The position numbers and the translations under genes are program-made. DNA of 62,469 nt, counting the filler, from Nemertoderma westbladi (Eukaryota > Animalia > Xenacoelomorpha), in NCBI GenBank assembly GCA_032718475.1. It is 3 parts of 3 records of this genome, joined end to end, with 100 filler letters (N's around TTAATTAATTAA, not from the genome) between each part and the next. Parts side by side here need not be neighbours in the genome. Positions count along the whole stretch, not along the records: positions 1 to 31,551 come from JAUCBJ010005171.1; positions 31,652 to 51,569 come from JAUCBJ010005346.1; 1 more part is not named here. One strand, given 5' to 3'. Position 1 is the stretch's first letter. Each line of letters begins with the position of its first letter. Under the pieces are notes generated by a model. The model worked only from the letters and a program-made list of their open reading frames with translations. It was not told the origin of the DNA and ran no database searches. Positions 24,101 to 37,364 of this stretch are shown here, piece after piece.

Positions 24101-27100
24101 CTTGTTAAGAAAAACTGTAATCGTTCATTCAAAACAGCATTTGACTCTACTGCTAGAAGTGTTGATGTCGTGTCAGTTTCAGTTGCACCAGTCGAAGGTA
24201 TGCCTGCTTCAGACCCTCATTTTCAGGTTTTTCTACCTATTGTATACTCAGTAAATAATTTCCAACAGGCTCATACCCAAGACATCTCACAGGTCACAAT
24301 TTGTGACTATTCTCACCTCAACGAAATTGCTGATGATCTTTATTCAATTCCAGACATTGATGTCAACATGATTTCAGTCCTACTTGGTATGAATCATCCT
24401 CAAGCCCTGAAACGTAATGAGTACATTATGGCCCCAGACCCGAGTAATCAGCCTTCTGCCGTCAGAACACCATTTGGATGGTCTTTAATGGGTCCTATTG
24501 ATATATGCGATAATTTAGTCGAACATTCTTCTTATGTGGAGTGTTTTGATGATCTTGACACTTCCTGTCACTCAGATATAGCTCAATGTATCAAACAAAA
24601 CGTTGACATTGAACGTTCCCTCGGATTCTCTGATCTTAGCAATTGCTTGCATTCTCTTCCTGGTGATGATAAGCCATCCCCTTCCAGCGATTGCTTAGAA
24701 GCTCTCAACACATTAAACAAAACTACCAAGTTCATAAACGGTAGGTATGAAGTCGCTATGATGTGGAAAAGTCCACCCCCAAACTTACATAATAACAAAC
24801 CTCTTGCTGTAAAACGCCTACAAGGTCTACTTCAGAGATTCAAGAAGCTTCCTGACATCTATGACAAATATCAACAGCAGATTGATTCGTACATAGAGAA
24901 AGGGTATGCTCGCCGCTTGTCTCCAGAAGAAGTTGACTCAGTCTCTAACCAAACTTACTATCTTCCTCATCATTTTGTTCTAAATGAGAATAAACCCAAC
25001 AAAATCAGAATCGTTAATGATTGTGCGGCGACTTACAAGGGAACATGCTTAAATGATAACCTAACTGAAGGCCCAAATTTAATCAACTCTCTCATTGGTG
25101 TACTGCTACGTTTTCGTATCGGCTCAGTTGCCTTTAGCTGTGATATTGAAAGCATGTATCATAGAGTTCTTGTTCCTCAATCAGACAGTGATAGTCTCAG
25201 ATTTCTCTGGAAAGCAAAGGGCTCAGATGTAACTGAAACATTTATAATGTTATGCCATATATTTGGTGCTAGAGGCTCCAGCACTGTTGCCACAAATACT
25301 CTTCGTAGGTGTGGGGAAGATCATTCACATCTCTTCGATCCAGCCATTCTCATTATTATTCTTTTAAGTTTTTACGTGGATGATTGCCTTCATTCAGTAT
25401 TCAGCCATCAAGAAGCCATTTCTGTTGCTGAAAGTCTTATCCAGTGCTTATCCAAAGGTGGATTTCGTCTCACAAAGTTTATTTCCAATTCAGAAGAATT
25501 CATTAACCACTTCCCTGTAAGTGAGCATGCTCCATGTAAAGTTAATATAGATCTTGATCATCTTAATGTATCAAGAGCTCTTGGAATTCTCTGGGATACA
25601 GTATCAGACAGCTTCATATTCAATTTCCACCCCAAACAACGTGAATATTACACAAAACGAATTGCCCTTTCTGAAAATGCCACTATCTACGACCCACTCG
25701 GTTGGATTTCTCCAATCATTCTGAAGGGTCGCCTTATTATTCGTGAAATGTGGCTGATAAATCTCTCATGGGATGATCTCCTGCCAGCCAGACTCGCAAA
25801 GAAATGGCAGTCTTGGCTGAATCAATTATCTGACCTCTCAGCCCTAATTATTCCTAGGTGTTATACTGGACTTTGTGATAACAATTTATCTTTAAATGAA
25901 CTACACATATTTTCTGATGCTTCGATTTCAGCTTATGGTGTAGTGGCTTATCTTCGCATCATTTCGGAAAACAGCTATGTCTCATTAGTTTATTCCAAAT
26001 CACGTTTAGTACGTTCTGTGACTACATCTGCACCAACTGTCCCTAAGCTGGAACTTCAAGCAGCAGTGCTAGCTTCTGACATTGGCCAGATGCTTCTAGA
26101 TAATCTTAAACCCCGCATTCAAATTGCTTCCACCTATTTCTGGTCTGATTCCACAGTAACTCTTGGGTACATCCACAACTCTTCTAAATCATTCCCAATG
26201 TATGTCATGCGGCGCGTTTCCCATATCCTTCTATATTCAGACCGCAATCAGTGGTATCATGTTTCAGGAAATGAGAATCCTGCTGACTTAGCCAGTAGAG
26301 GTTCCACAACTCTACAACTTCTTAATTCGGACAGTTGGTGGCATGGACCCAAATTCCTCTCTTCCCTTAATACTACATTTTCCAATGACCATGTTGACTT
26401 GGAAGAATGTTCAATGGAAGCAAATTCAAACATCAATTCCCATGTTACAACTGATGACTTTGAGTCCATTCCAGAATACATAAACTACATTCTTGATAAT
26501 TGTGATGAAGACATTGTACATTCCATTCAATCAGAGGATTCAGAGTACTTTGTTTCAGCCATTGATCGATTGTTGAAACTTCACTTCAGTTGGAATAAAT
26601 TACGAATTATCTTTGCCTGGTTATTGCGCCTCATCCACTTCTCTATATCCTCCAAATTCGTAGTTCCTCTCAGAGGCACCCCAATAACTCACCCAGAGAT
26701 GAAACACTCTGGATACCGAATTATCTATTTTGTGCAAAGACAAATGTTCCCCAAAGAAATCAGTTGTCTCAACTCAGGTGCTCAGTTGAGCATAAATAGT
26801 CCGTTAAGCAAACTCAGGCCATTTCTAACTGATGATGGTCTCTTACGTGTTGGTGGTCGTATTACCGCGGCACCTGTCAGCTATGATGCCAAATATCCAA
26901 TAATTTTAGATTCAAAACATCACATCGCTCAATCCATTGTGTTAAGTACACATAAACGCCTTGGTCATGTAGGATATTCTCATGTCGCTACAGAAATAAG
27001 ACAAACGTTCTGGATACTCGCTCTTTATTCGTTATGCAGACAAATGGTTCAGAATTGTTTCATCTGTAGGAAAACGCATGCACCTCGTGGCAACCAATTG

Positions 27101-28051
27101 ATGGCCTCATTACCTCCACAACGTCTGACTCCTTATGAACCTCCTTTTACCTTCTCAGCAGTAGATGCTTTTGGCCCCCTTCGCACGAAATATGGCCGTG
27201 GTTCAGTCAAACGATGGCCTATATTATTTACTTGCCTCAATTCTCGAGCCATTCATCTAGATGTGGCAGTTAATTATTCCGCAGATGCCTTTATCAATGT
27301 GCTGAGGCGTTTCATCAATCGGAGAGGAACCCCTATTCAAATATTCTCTGATAATGGCACTAATTTTGTTGGAGCCGCAAATGAAATTGAAGCGACAATA
27401 CAGGACAGTAACGAACGTATTAGTAACAATCTAAGACTGTTAGGCGTTGAGTGGAAGTTTAATACCCCAAGGGCTCCCCATATGGGAGGTGTGTATGAAC
27501 GCCTCATTCAGTCATGTAAGAATGTTCTCCATACAGTCCTTGGGCAAGCATTAGTAACGGACGATATATTAATTACAACACTATCAGAAGTCGAATCCAT
27601 TGTCAATGGTAGGCCTATATGTGTTGTATCCGATGATCCCACAGGAGACCAGGTAATCACACCGCGCCGTCTGCTTCTGCAAGACAGTGCCATCGATGTC
27701 CCTATTGGTGATATTGATGATTCAGACATATATAGCCCCAAAACTTGGAAACAAGTACAAGTGTTGTCAAACCGCTTTTGGTCACAGTGGACCCGTGAGT
27801 ATATAACGTCTCTCCCACTTCGCAGTAAGTGGGCAAAACTAGTCCGTAACCTGCAGGTAAGTGATGTAGTACTTGTGCATGAAGATGACTTGCCCAGAAA
27901 TAAATGGCAAACTGGGGTAGTTATTGAGACTTTCCCCGACAATGACCACATTGTCAGATCTGTGAAAGTCAAAACGTCATCTGGTTCATACGTTCGCCCT
28001 ATTCATAAATTATGCTTACTGGAAGCAGCTATTGACAAATCAAGTCAATGA
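21166..28051 (+). CDS. BEL/Pao Gag-Pol polyprotein (two 1-bp frameshifts near 23078 and 23485)
   Basis: DUF1759-like PKPTIFDG, three Cys/His knuckles, protease ALLDEGS, RT FYVDD, RNase H LHIFSDAS, integrase DAFGP/SDNGTNF/GGVYERLI, DUF5641-like tail. 6886 nt + 2 = 2295 aa. Confidence 0.93.
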
Positions 28052-28789
28052 AATTTCGTAAATCAACCATTTCGATTATTTCTGATATACCGGTATTCAT
28101 TTACATATATATATATATATATATATAATTATAATTATAAATTATATTATTAATTTATATATAACATATATAGACCTATAGCTATAGATATATTAACTAT
28201 AGACCTAATAATTATCTTATGAACTCATACTTGACAGCATATATATTTAATTTATGCTTAGGCCCTATACGATCTATTAACATTATACGGTAATCATTAT
28301 ATTACAGGATCAAGAATATGGGGACTACTGATACGAATATGGGCAATCTACTCACGACATACCATCAGACTCTCTTAGCCATACCAACGCCATCAGACTC
28401 TATCAGACATTCCGCAATCGTATATTAAGATTATTCTTTCCGTCCGTACGTAATTAGCTCATTTATATATAGATGCGGTGCAATTTTGGTGACGGTATAT
28501 AATACCTGCGCGAGTATATCGATCTACTTAGGCTGCATATCAAATTTCGTTTTCAACATTATTTTTCCTTTTTCAATATTTTTCTTTTTGATTTGTTTTG
28601 ATTTCTGCCCTTTCAAAAAAAAAATTCATATTGGTCTTATTTTAGTACTGATTGGTACCTCTAAAAAAAAAAAAAAAAAAAAAATCTAAAATATAAAATT
28701 CAAATTATATACTATATATAACTATATGTGTGAGTAAATTCACACTAATAAAATAAATTAAAAATAATATAAAAGTAATGGTTCTCCCC

Positions 28790-29030
28790 TTTCTCATTTC
28801 GTATGGTTTTAATCCATACTTTTAATTGTACGTCCTATATGTGCCCTTTGTACGTCCTATATGTGCCCTTTCGTATGGTTTTAATCCATACTTTTAATTG
28901 TACGTCCTATATGTGCCCTTTCGTATGGTTTTAATCCATACTTTTAATTGTACGTCCTATATGTGCCCTTTGTACGTCCTATCTATATGTGCCCTTTGTA
29001 CGTCCTATATGTGCCCTTTGTACGTCCAGT
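28790..29030. repeat. Compound 22/61-bp repeat in the BEL 3' UTR
   Basis: tgtacgtcctatatgtgccctt units plus three gtatggttttaatccatac units. Confidence 0.85.
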
Positions 29031-29194
29031 CAATTAAATATGATTCAATTTATAATAATACACACCCTAATTAAATAAAAAATTATATTATATCCCTACA
29101 GAATTAAAATTAAATAAAATAAACATGTAACATTTCGCCACGTAGTTCAATCCAATTTATTGCGAAAATGTTCGCCATAAATTGTAGGGGGGAC

Positions 29195-29659
29195 TGTCAT
29201 CGGCGAAATGCCATTTTCAATAAATATATTTACTCGACATACTGTACAGTATGTCTCAGAATAGAGTAACCAATCAGCATTCAGATTCAGACCGTATATA
29301 TAAAGCTCAACCATCAGACTTTCCGATTCTTTCTGTATTCTATTTCAATCATAACATTTTTCCCACAAATTTGGTTATTACTTTTTCTGCCTTTTCCGCT
29401 TTCCTACTTCAGTACTCCATCATTCAGAATTTAGCCCTTTCTTTTACATTCAGACATTGCAGCCTTAGTAGATCTTTACTTTAGATAATTTAATATTCAG
29501 ATTCAACATCCAGCATCCAGTCCACATTTATAATAAAATGCAAGATGACATACCGTAACCACTGTCTTTAAACCTTTTCCATCAGTCCATGCAGACAGAA
29601 TTAGCGATCAACCAAAATAGAACATAGTTTAGCTCAGTTCAGTAGTTCCGCCGCGAACA
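29195..29659 (+). repeat. 3' LTR (~465 bp)
   Basis: TGTCATCGGCG...CGCCGCGAACA imperfect inverted ends; CCAAT (~29270), TATATATAAAG (~29295), AATAAA (~29532). Confidence 0.8.
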
Positions 29660-29664
29660 CGTAC

Positions 29665-30480
29665 CCATCACCAAAAAGTACAAGTTTGCGATGTCCAGTG
29701 CTGTTTTAATTGATTCCATCGGATTCAGGACCCTCATAAACCCGTATAACGCAATAAACAAGATGATACTATCTACTGATCAATTTGCTTATTTTCCAAA
29801 ATTTGGTGCTGGCACAACAATTTTCACCCACCGGCGAAAAATACAAGTTTGAAAACTCTCATGAAATTTTTACTGATTCCATTGAATTCAGAACCCTCAC
29901 AAACCCGTATAACGCAAGAAACAAGGTGACACAATCAATTTATATATTTGATGGTTTTCAAAATTTGGTGCTAGCACCACATTTTGCACCCACTTCCGAA
30001 AAATACAAGTTTGAGATGCCTAGATCGAAAATTATATATTCCATTCAATTCAGAATAGCCATAAACCTCTAAAACGCAAGAAATAAATTGTCACAAACAA
30101 TTTTATCAATTGAATGGATTTTCAAAATTTTGTGCTAGCACCAAAATTTGCACCCACCACCGAAAAATACAAGTTTGATACGCGTGGTGCAACTCGTATA
30201 TATTTCATCGAAACCAGAACCCCAAAAAACCCCAATTGCGTAAAAAACAAGTTTCACACAATCAATTTACAAAATTGACATATTTTAAAATTTGGTGCTG
30301 GCACCAAAAATTGGCACCCGCCGAAAAAACAAGTTTGAAATTTCTAAATCAATTTATATGAATTCCATCCAATTTCTAACACCAAAAAACCGGTGTAAAT
30401 CAATAAAAGAGATGTTAGAATTCATATTTAATGAAATGTAATTTTCAAAAAACGTCTCAAAAAAAGTGCCAAAAGTAGGG
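29665..30480. repeat. Diverged ~163-bp tandem repeat, ~5 copies
   Basis: acaagtttg and aaatttggtgct(g/a)gcac recur at ~163-bp spacing. Confidence 0.8.
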
Positions 30481-31305
30481 TTAAAAAATGGTGCTATAAC
30501 TCGAAAACTACCCAATATTTTTGAATGACATGGTGACATACTGGATATATTGGATATACTGGAAATACATAGTAAAATGTATGGCGAATGGACATATTGA
30601 GTAATAATCGACATAGAAAGTTGCGTGCCCAGGTCACCGGCGGACACATATTAAGTTCGGTTATTATTTTTTGGTCATTATTGTTTTTGGTGTATACTGT
30701 ACGTTTTTGGACCCCAATTATATTCGCATTTCTACCTTTCGGACAGAAAATAAAAATTATTATTTACGTTCTTCCTGTTTGAATATTATTGTTAGTATTA
30801 TAAAGAGGCCTCATTTTTCCACACAGTCAGACAGTTGACCACTACCGGTAACTCCATTTTTCATTTTTGTGCTTACTCCTGTGCTAGAAGTTTTTAGTTA
30901 TTAGTTTCTTAGTCAGTAGATAGATTCTGAACCGCCACTGATGTGAAGGCCTGTTTAGTATATATAATACAGTATTATTATAATATACATTGGTTGAAAT
31001 ATTTGGCTATAATACTACTTTGATCACCTGAAAAAGATCGCAACCACCCCCCCCCCCCCCCCACCCCCCCTACTGTAACTTAATACTGAGAAATAATGTC
31101 ACACGCCATGTAAAGTTATAAAATATGTCGCCCTGGCGATTTGGTAGTGCGAAATTAATTCCTCACAAATATACAAAATAATATTAGTACTGTGTAGCCT
31201 ACTTATTAATTAATACCTTGCATACTGTAATTGTCATGAATACCACTCCAATTTTAATTATTGAATTCAACCGGGATCTAACACATCTAGGAATTTATTT
31301 TTATC

Positions 31306-31551
31306 TTTTGCCGAAACGCAACTTTTTTGCCGAATCGCGACTGTTCCCGAAATGCAACTTTTTCCCGAAACCCAACTTTTTTGCCGAACTGCAACTTTTT
31401 TGCCGAATCGCGACTGTTGCCGAAACGCAACTTTTTGCCGAAACGCAACTTTTTTTTTGCCGAGTCGCGACTTTTTGCCGAATCGCGACTTTTTTTTGCC
31501 GAAACGCATCTTTTTTTGCCGAAACGCAACTTTTTTGCCGACTCGCGACTG
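31306..31551. repeat. ~20-bp minisatellite running into the gap
   Basis: tttttgccgaa(a/t)cgc(a/g)act units. Confidence 0.9.
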
Positions 31552-31651
31552 NNNNNNNNNNNNNNNNNNNNNNNNNNNNNNNNNNNNNNNNNNNNTTAAT
31601 TAATTAANNNNNNNNNNNNNNNNNNNNNNNNNNNNNNNNNNNNNNNNNNNN
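31552..31651. other. Assembly gap spacer with six-frame stop linker
   Basis: N44-TTAATTAATTAA-N44. Confidence 0.97.
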
Positions 31652-33660
31652 TTATACTGTGATATTGTTGGTGCATTGCATCTAGCCTCTGAGCGCACTA
31701 TTCCGAAAAAGAAGGGTTCAGTGAACTCAAAGTTTAATGCTGTCCCGGGATGGAATGATTATGTTAAATCATTGTATGATAGGTCAAGATTATTTTTTAG
31801 AATTTGGCGTACTAACGGGTGTCCCCGAGCAGGTCCTATTCTTTTTGATTATTATCAGTCCAAGTTAGAATTTAAACGCGCACTTAAACAGTGTAAGCGC
31901 AATGCTAATGGTATACGCGCTGATAAACTTGCGGAGTCATTATATTCGAGTAATCAAAATGACTTTTGGGCAAATGTTAAAAAGCACTGCAGTGCACACG
32001 TACCGCTTTCCAGTAAAGTTGGCGATGCTGTGGGCGAAAAAGATATATGTGACGCCTTTAAGGAAAGATTCAAAAACTTATACAATAAAGTAAATGATGA
32101 CTCCGGTAAGCACGACATTGAATCTATTTTCAGTAATATTGAGTTTAGCAATGATATGTTGGTTTCTGATGTTGAGGTAGCTTTTGCTGTAGGTAGGTTG
32201 TCTCCCGGAAAAATTGGACCTGATGGTCTGTCCAGCGAACACTATATCCATGGCACCGCGCGTCTGTTCCGCCGCCTGGCGGCTCTGTACAGTACTTTCA
32301 ATGTTCATGGTCATATGAATGACGAGTTCATGCTATGCAATATTTTGCCCATCGTGAAGGACAATAATGATGATATCACACATTTTGATAATTATAGAGG
32401 CATAGCCCTTGCAACTATAAGTAGCAAAGTTTTGGAGCTAGTTATGCGTGAACGTTTCAGTTCTAAACTGAATACTACAGACTCTCAGTTTGGATTTAAA
32501 AGTAATTTAGGTACTGAATTATGCGTTTTCGCTTTAAAAGAAACCATACAATACTATTTAGAAAACGACAGTGTGGTGTACATATGTTTCATAGATTCCT
32601 CAAAGGCTTACGATCTGGTTAACCATTACAAGTTATTTGATAAATTAATTAAACGTAACATTCCTCTGTTTTACATTAGGATAGTTCGATATTGGTACCG
32701 GTTTCAAGTTCTTAGTATACGATGGGGGGGTTGTATATCTAACTCGTTTGCAGTCACTAACGGCACGAAACAAGGGGGTATTTTATCGGCCTACTTCTAT
32801 GCTATATATATGGACGACTTAAGTGTAGAGTTAACTAATACAAACGTAGGTTGTAAATTAAATAATAAGAGATCAAATCATCTTTTGTATGCTGATGACT
32901 TATCCTTAGCATCAAACTCGATAGCTGGTTTAAATAAGTTGATTGACACTTTCACGAGTTATGCCGACAGGCACTCTATTGTGATTAATATGAAGAAATC
33001 TAAGTTTATGCGATACATACCGAAATCTAGTAACAACGATTTAGTTAAATATATATCGATAAATGGTAAGGCTATTGAGACAGTTACAAAATTTAAGTAC
33101 TTAGGTCATATATTTCACTCTACCACCGATGACAATTATGACATTCTAAATCAGCTATCGAGTTTATATCGTAGGGGTAATTTCCTCATTCGTAAATTCA
33201 GCTACAGTTCTCGGGACGTTAAAGTGAAACTTTTTCGCTCATTTTGTACGCAAGTTTATTGCAGCTCGTTGTGGGCTCGAAGTAACTACTCCATTGCAAC
33301 GTACAACAAGTTTAGGGTGGCCTACAACAATATAATTAGAAAATTGTTTGGATTTCGGTATGACTCTAGTGTATCATACATGTGTGGTGCATTAAATCTG
33401 CCGAAACTCATTCATGTCCTTCACAATGCGCGGGTATCACTGTTGCATCGCGTGAACTCGTCTCAGAATAGTATTGTGCAGAGTGTGGCCATGGTGACGT
33501 TCCAGACGAGCCGTCTGATTGGTCCGTGTTCGGGGCCCCACCCCACCATACCTAGCTATATTATTATAATTTGTTAATCATTATGTCTGTTGTTTAAATC
33601 AATGTGATATGGGTGTTCTTTGCCTGGCATAAATAAATAAATAAATAAAAAATAAATAAA
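31652..33660 (+). mobile_element. RTEX-type LINE; ORF2 RT region to stop at 33577, 5' part lost in the gap
   Basis: 633-aa open frame with PGWN, NYRGIAL, QFGFK, KAYDLV, QGGILS, YADDL, KYLG; (AATA)n tail 33629-33660. Confidence 0.9.
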
Positions 33661-36055
33661 ATGCTTTCAGGGCTGTGGGCTGAGAAATAAAAAGGGCCAT
33701 TTCAAATGGCAGAAAATAACATTAAACTATATAAAATGTACTGTAATTTAGTACCCAGGTCAGCAGGTTAATGTTACTGACTAAAACTAAACACAAATAA
33801 CTAAAACTAAAATGAAACTAAAATAATATGGAGTGGTCAATATTATTGGATTTGGATGGTTTCAATACAATCAGGGCTGCTTTAAACCTTTTCAATTTGA
33901 ATTTCATTCAATTTTGACAAAGTTATTGTTGAACATAGAAAAATGGTAATATCTATAAAATAGTGGGAAGGTTTAATTGTTCATAAAAGTTTAAACACCG
34001 TCTCAGAATGACGGAAAAAGCCTATTTTTCTGCTAAATTTAACTGAAACGAGTTGAAATTTGGTACACTTGTTAAGAATCCCTTTATCCATACTTCAACT
34101 AAATAAATTTGGTTGGAAATGCCCTGGAGCCTTTTTATATCAAAAAGGCCCAAAAGAAGCCTTTTTTGGGCCTTTTTGCTCTAAAAAAGGCTCCAGAGCA
34201 TATGAGGCAAAATTTGTTCAGAAGAATTGGATGCAGGGTTATTTTGAGATTAGGAGCTTACTTTTAAGCTTTTGAGCTCGACAAATTTCAAAAAATATTG
34301 GTGGAGAAATAGCCCTTGGTGCAAAAAGGCACTTTTGGCCATTGCGGATCCATTTTGGGGCCAATTTTAAAAATATTTGGTTTGGTTATTCTAACACAGT
34401 CCAGACGATGTTTAGTAGCACAAACATAATATTTACCCAATTTTAGGGTCCAGAGACACAAATATCTGAGGTTCAATTTGGGGGTGCTACCCCCCCCTCC
34501 CCTTAAATTAATGGAACTATAATCACTCCTACAGTACTAGCGGCCAAGAGGTTCGATCAGGTTGAGACCCCTAAATCCCTTCCTATAAATGTATAATAAC
34601 AATCACCTCGAAAAACACAGCTTGCCAACAAATAGTTACTCCTAGCGGCCGACAGAGGAAATATAGATCTCTGTCAGTGAGTAGAATTTCTAAACCTCTG
34701 ATAGACTATACCACTACACAAAAGGCTTTCCCAGACTCTATGGTATGGATAATATTGTAAACGCGAGCGAAGCGAGCGGACATTTTTAAAAAACCAGTCT
34801 TTTGTAATTTGTAATTGTAAAAACTAACCATATAACTGCACAGTGCACATTATTAAAACTTATACAGTATAAACAGCACTGGTAATTAAAGTAAAACAAC
34901 TTGCACTTTAGACCGTTATGTTATGGAGGGAGAAGATAAACCAGGCAATAAACTGCACTTAACAATAATCCTGATGCAGCATTCATATTTTCTATTTTGA
35001 TATAGGCCCTATGGACATTTGTAGTCTTTTACATTTGCTTTTTAATTAAATGGATATTAATATATTATATCTATACAGTATATATATAAGTACAAATTAA
35101 TGTACCGGTATATTATTTGTGGCTAGGCCCCCAAGGTCTTATAATCATAAAGACAAAGCGTTTAAACATTGGTATTGTATAATTCAGTTCACAGTTTAAG
35201 ACAACGCCATTTAAGTTTAATAGACAATTACCGGTACTGTGTTAGGTTAGATGAAGCTACCTAATCAAAAAATAAATTCTAACATGAAAAATGGCTGAAT
35301 TTTATACTTGCACTTTGACTTTCGTTTATAGACTTATTGTAGAATAATTTGTCCTCTACGATTTATTTCTCGCAAAATTAAATATTGCATTTCTTCAGTT
35401 ATATAGAGATTAAACAGTTAAACTGTCCTTTTTATTTTTCGGTTTTATCAGCAATTTAGGCACAAACTTTATAATGTCAGCTCTTATAGGTAGGTAGGTT
35501 TGGTAAGTGTAGGTAGAGGGGGTGAATCAACGTATTTTATGCTGGATTTTGATACATAGGTAAATAGATTTATTTATACATTATGTAAAAACAATAACAA
35601 ATACACCAAACAATGTACCGGTATAAAGGTATTGTCCAACATAGGATTACCCCTAAAGCTTTGCAGCTTATTTCCAAAGGGGTCCTTTATGTTACTTGGT
35701 TACAAATACAATATTACACTACGCTAACCTAAAACCAATATAAAACGTAATTACACTATGTACATGTACAACTTTACCGAGAGCGTGACAATGTCCGACT
35801 CAACGATAAAGATGTAGGTATACACATGTAGGTAGTAGGTATACACAGGCTCAATGGCTGCAATAGTTTAATTTCTGGGAGGACTCTGATCCTGTCTCCT
35901 GACTGATTCGGTATAATTACTAATTCTAGGGGTATTAATAATACCCAACCCTAGAATTATTTACAAAATGCAGTTTTAAAAGTAAAATTTGCCGTAAAAA
36001 GAGTAATAATGACATCACTGATACATAAAAGACAAAGACATACCGGTACAGATGG

Positions 36056-36914
36056 GTTACAGGTCAAAACGTTCCTCGGTTAAAACGTACCTACTCTATC
36101 AATATTTCGGGTAGGTTGGCCTACGTTATAACTTAGGGACCCACACCACAAGGTTATTTCTAACTTGGCTCCTTGTTTGTGTGTAATTTTTAATTCAAAC
36201 GTCGTTCCTACGTACAGGTAGATTGATCGTCGCTTTTATGTATTCATATATTTCTACGCGGTGCTTTAAATTTAAATATATAAACGATAACGTATACGGC
36301 TGTACGGTAGAAATTCTACTGAACACACTGATGCACTGACATGTACGGTAGGCCTACTGTATTAAGTTCGTCAATAATCTCCTAAATGGCTCACAGCTTT
36401 GAGTTATAGTTCATATCCGTACCTGTGGTATTTTCGTATTGCAAAAATAAGACTATAAGTATGAAATACCCTATGTTATTGAGATATTGTTTATTGTTTT
36501 GGTTAGAAAAGCCCACCACTGTAACCTGCTCCTTTCCGTTAATTAAGTAATGGAGATTAGTTTATTGTTTTGGTTAGAAAACACCACCACTGTAACCTGC
36601 TTCTTTTGTCACAGGTACGCATATGAATGATAACCCAGCTTTGCTATATTGCTGTGTTCTGTGTTGCCCTTTTCACTCTAGTTAAATTTTAATTTCACAT
36701 TACTTTTAAACAGTTAAAACTTAACGCTCCGGCACTTATTTCTAGGTAATTTAACTGTTAGTAAATACGGAAATTTTGATTGTACCGACCTACAAAACGT
36801 ACCCAAACCCAATGCATCATTGTTAAACTTAAAACGTAGGCTACCCAGTCTGCCAGTATTCGGGTATATTTTTGTTCGGGTATGTTTTAACTAGGGTACG
36901 TTTTCACTTGTTCC
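36056..36914. mobile_element. Inverted-repeat element hosting the 36403 MITE
   Basis: ggttacaggtcaaaacgttcctcggttaaaacgtacc versus ggtatgttttaactagggtacgttttcacttgttcc. Confidence 0.5.
36403..36634. mobile_element. MITE carrying two 60-bp satellite-like units; second copy at 61577-61797
   Basis: TIR gttatagttcatatccgtacctgtg / cacaggtacgcatatgaatgataac. Confidence 0.8.
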
Positions 36915-37364
36915 TGTCCCGTACAGATGTATGCTGTAGTCAGTAGTGAAGTCCATCATCATTTATCATTACAAATAATGATAATTCATGATAATTTAAT
37001 GATAATTTATTAATAGATAATAAAGCTGTATATGTAAAATTAGTGGAGCTGATTATTACCGTATGTGCAGATGTGTGCGTCTGTGCGTGTGCGTATCATT
37101 TCATATCTTTCTGTCTTTAGCCTGCACCTGCGCTTGACCCCAAAATTTCTGCGCCTGATATATCCATCCATGAGATTGTACATACTCTGAAATCGGGTAG
37201 GCCTAAGCCTATGTCAGTATGTACAGATATAGGCCTATAATGCAGTAATGCTGTAATGACTATAGTCTGATAAATTGATTCTATAGGCCTACCGGTACCG
37301 GTACTTATTTCAGCATTTAAATAATCGACATCAAATACAGAAATAGTATAATACAGTAATAACA

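Larger units (their letters stand above)
21063..29659 (+). mobile_element. BEL/Pao LTR retrotransposon; internal region plus 3' LTR, no 5' LTR visible
   Basis: gag-pol ORFs, polypurine tract gtaggggggac before 29195, LTR with TGT...ACA ends. 5' boundary approximate. Confidence 0.9.

Noticed and set aside
31596-31607. TTAATTAATTAA island inside N runs (also 51614-51625)
   Set aside because: Identical artificial six-frame-stop linker; adjacency across these gaps is unverified.
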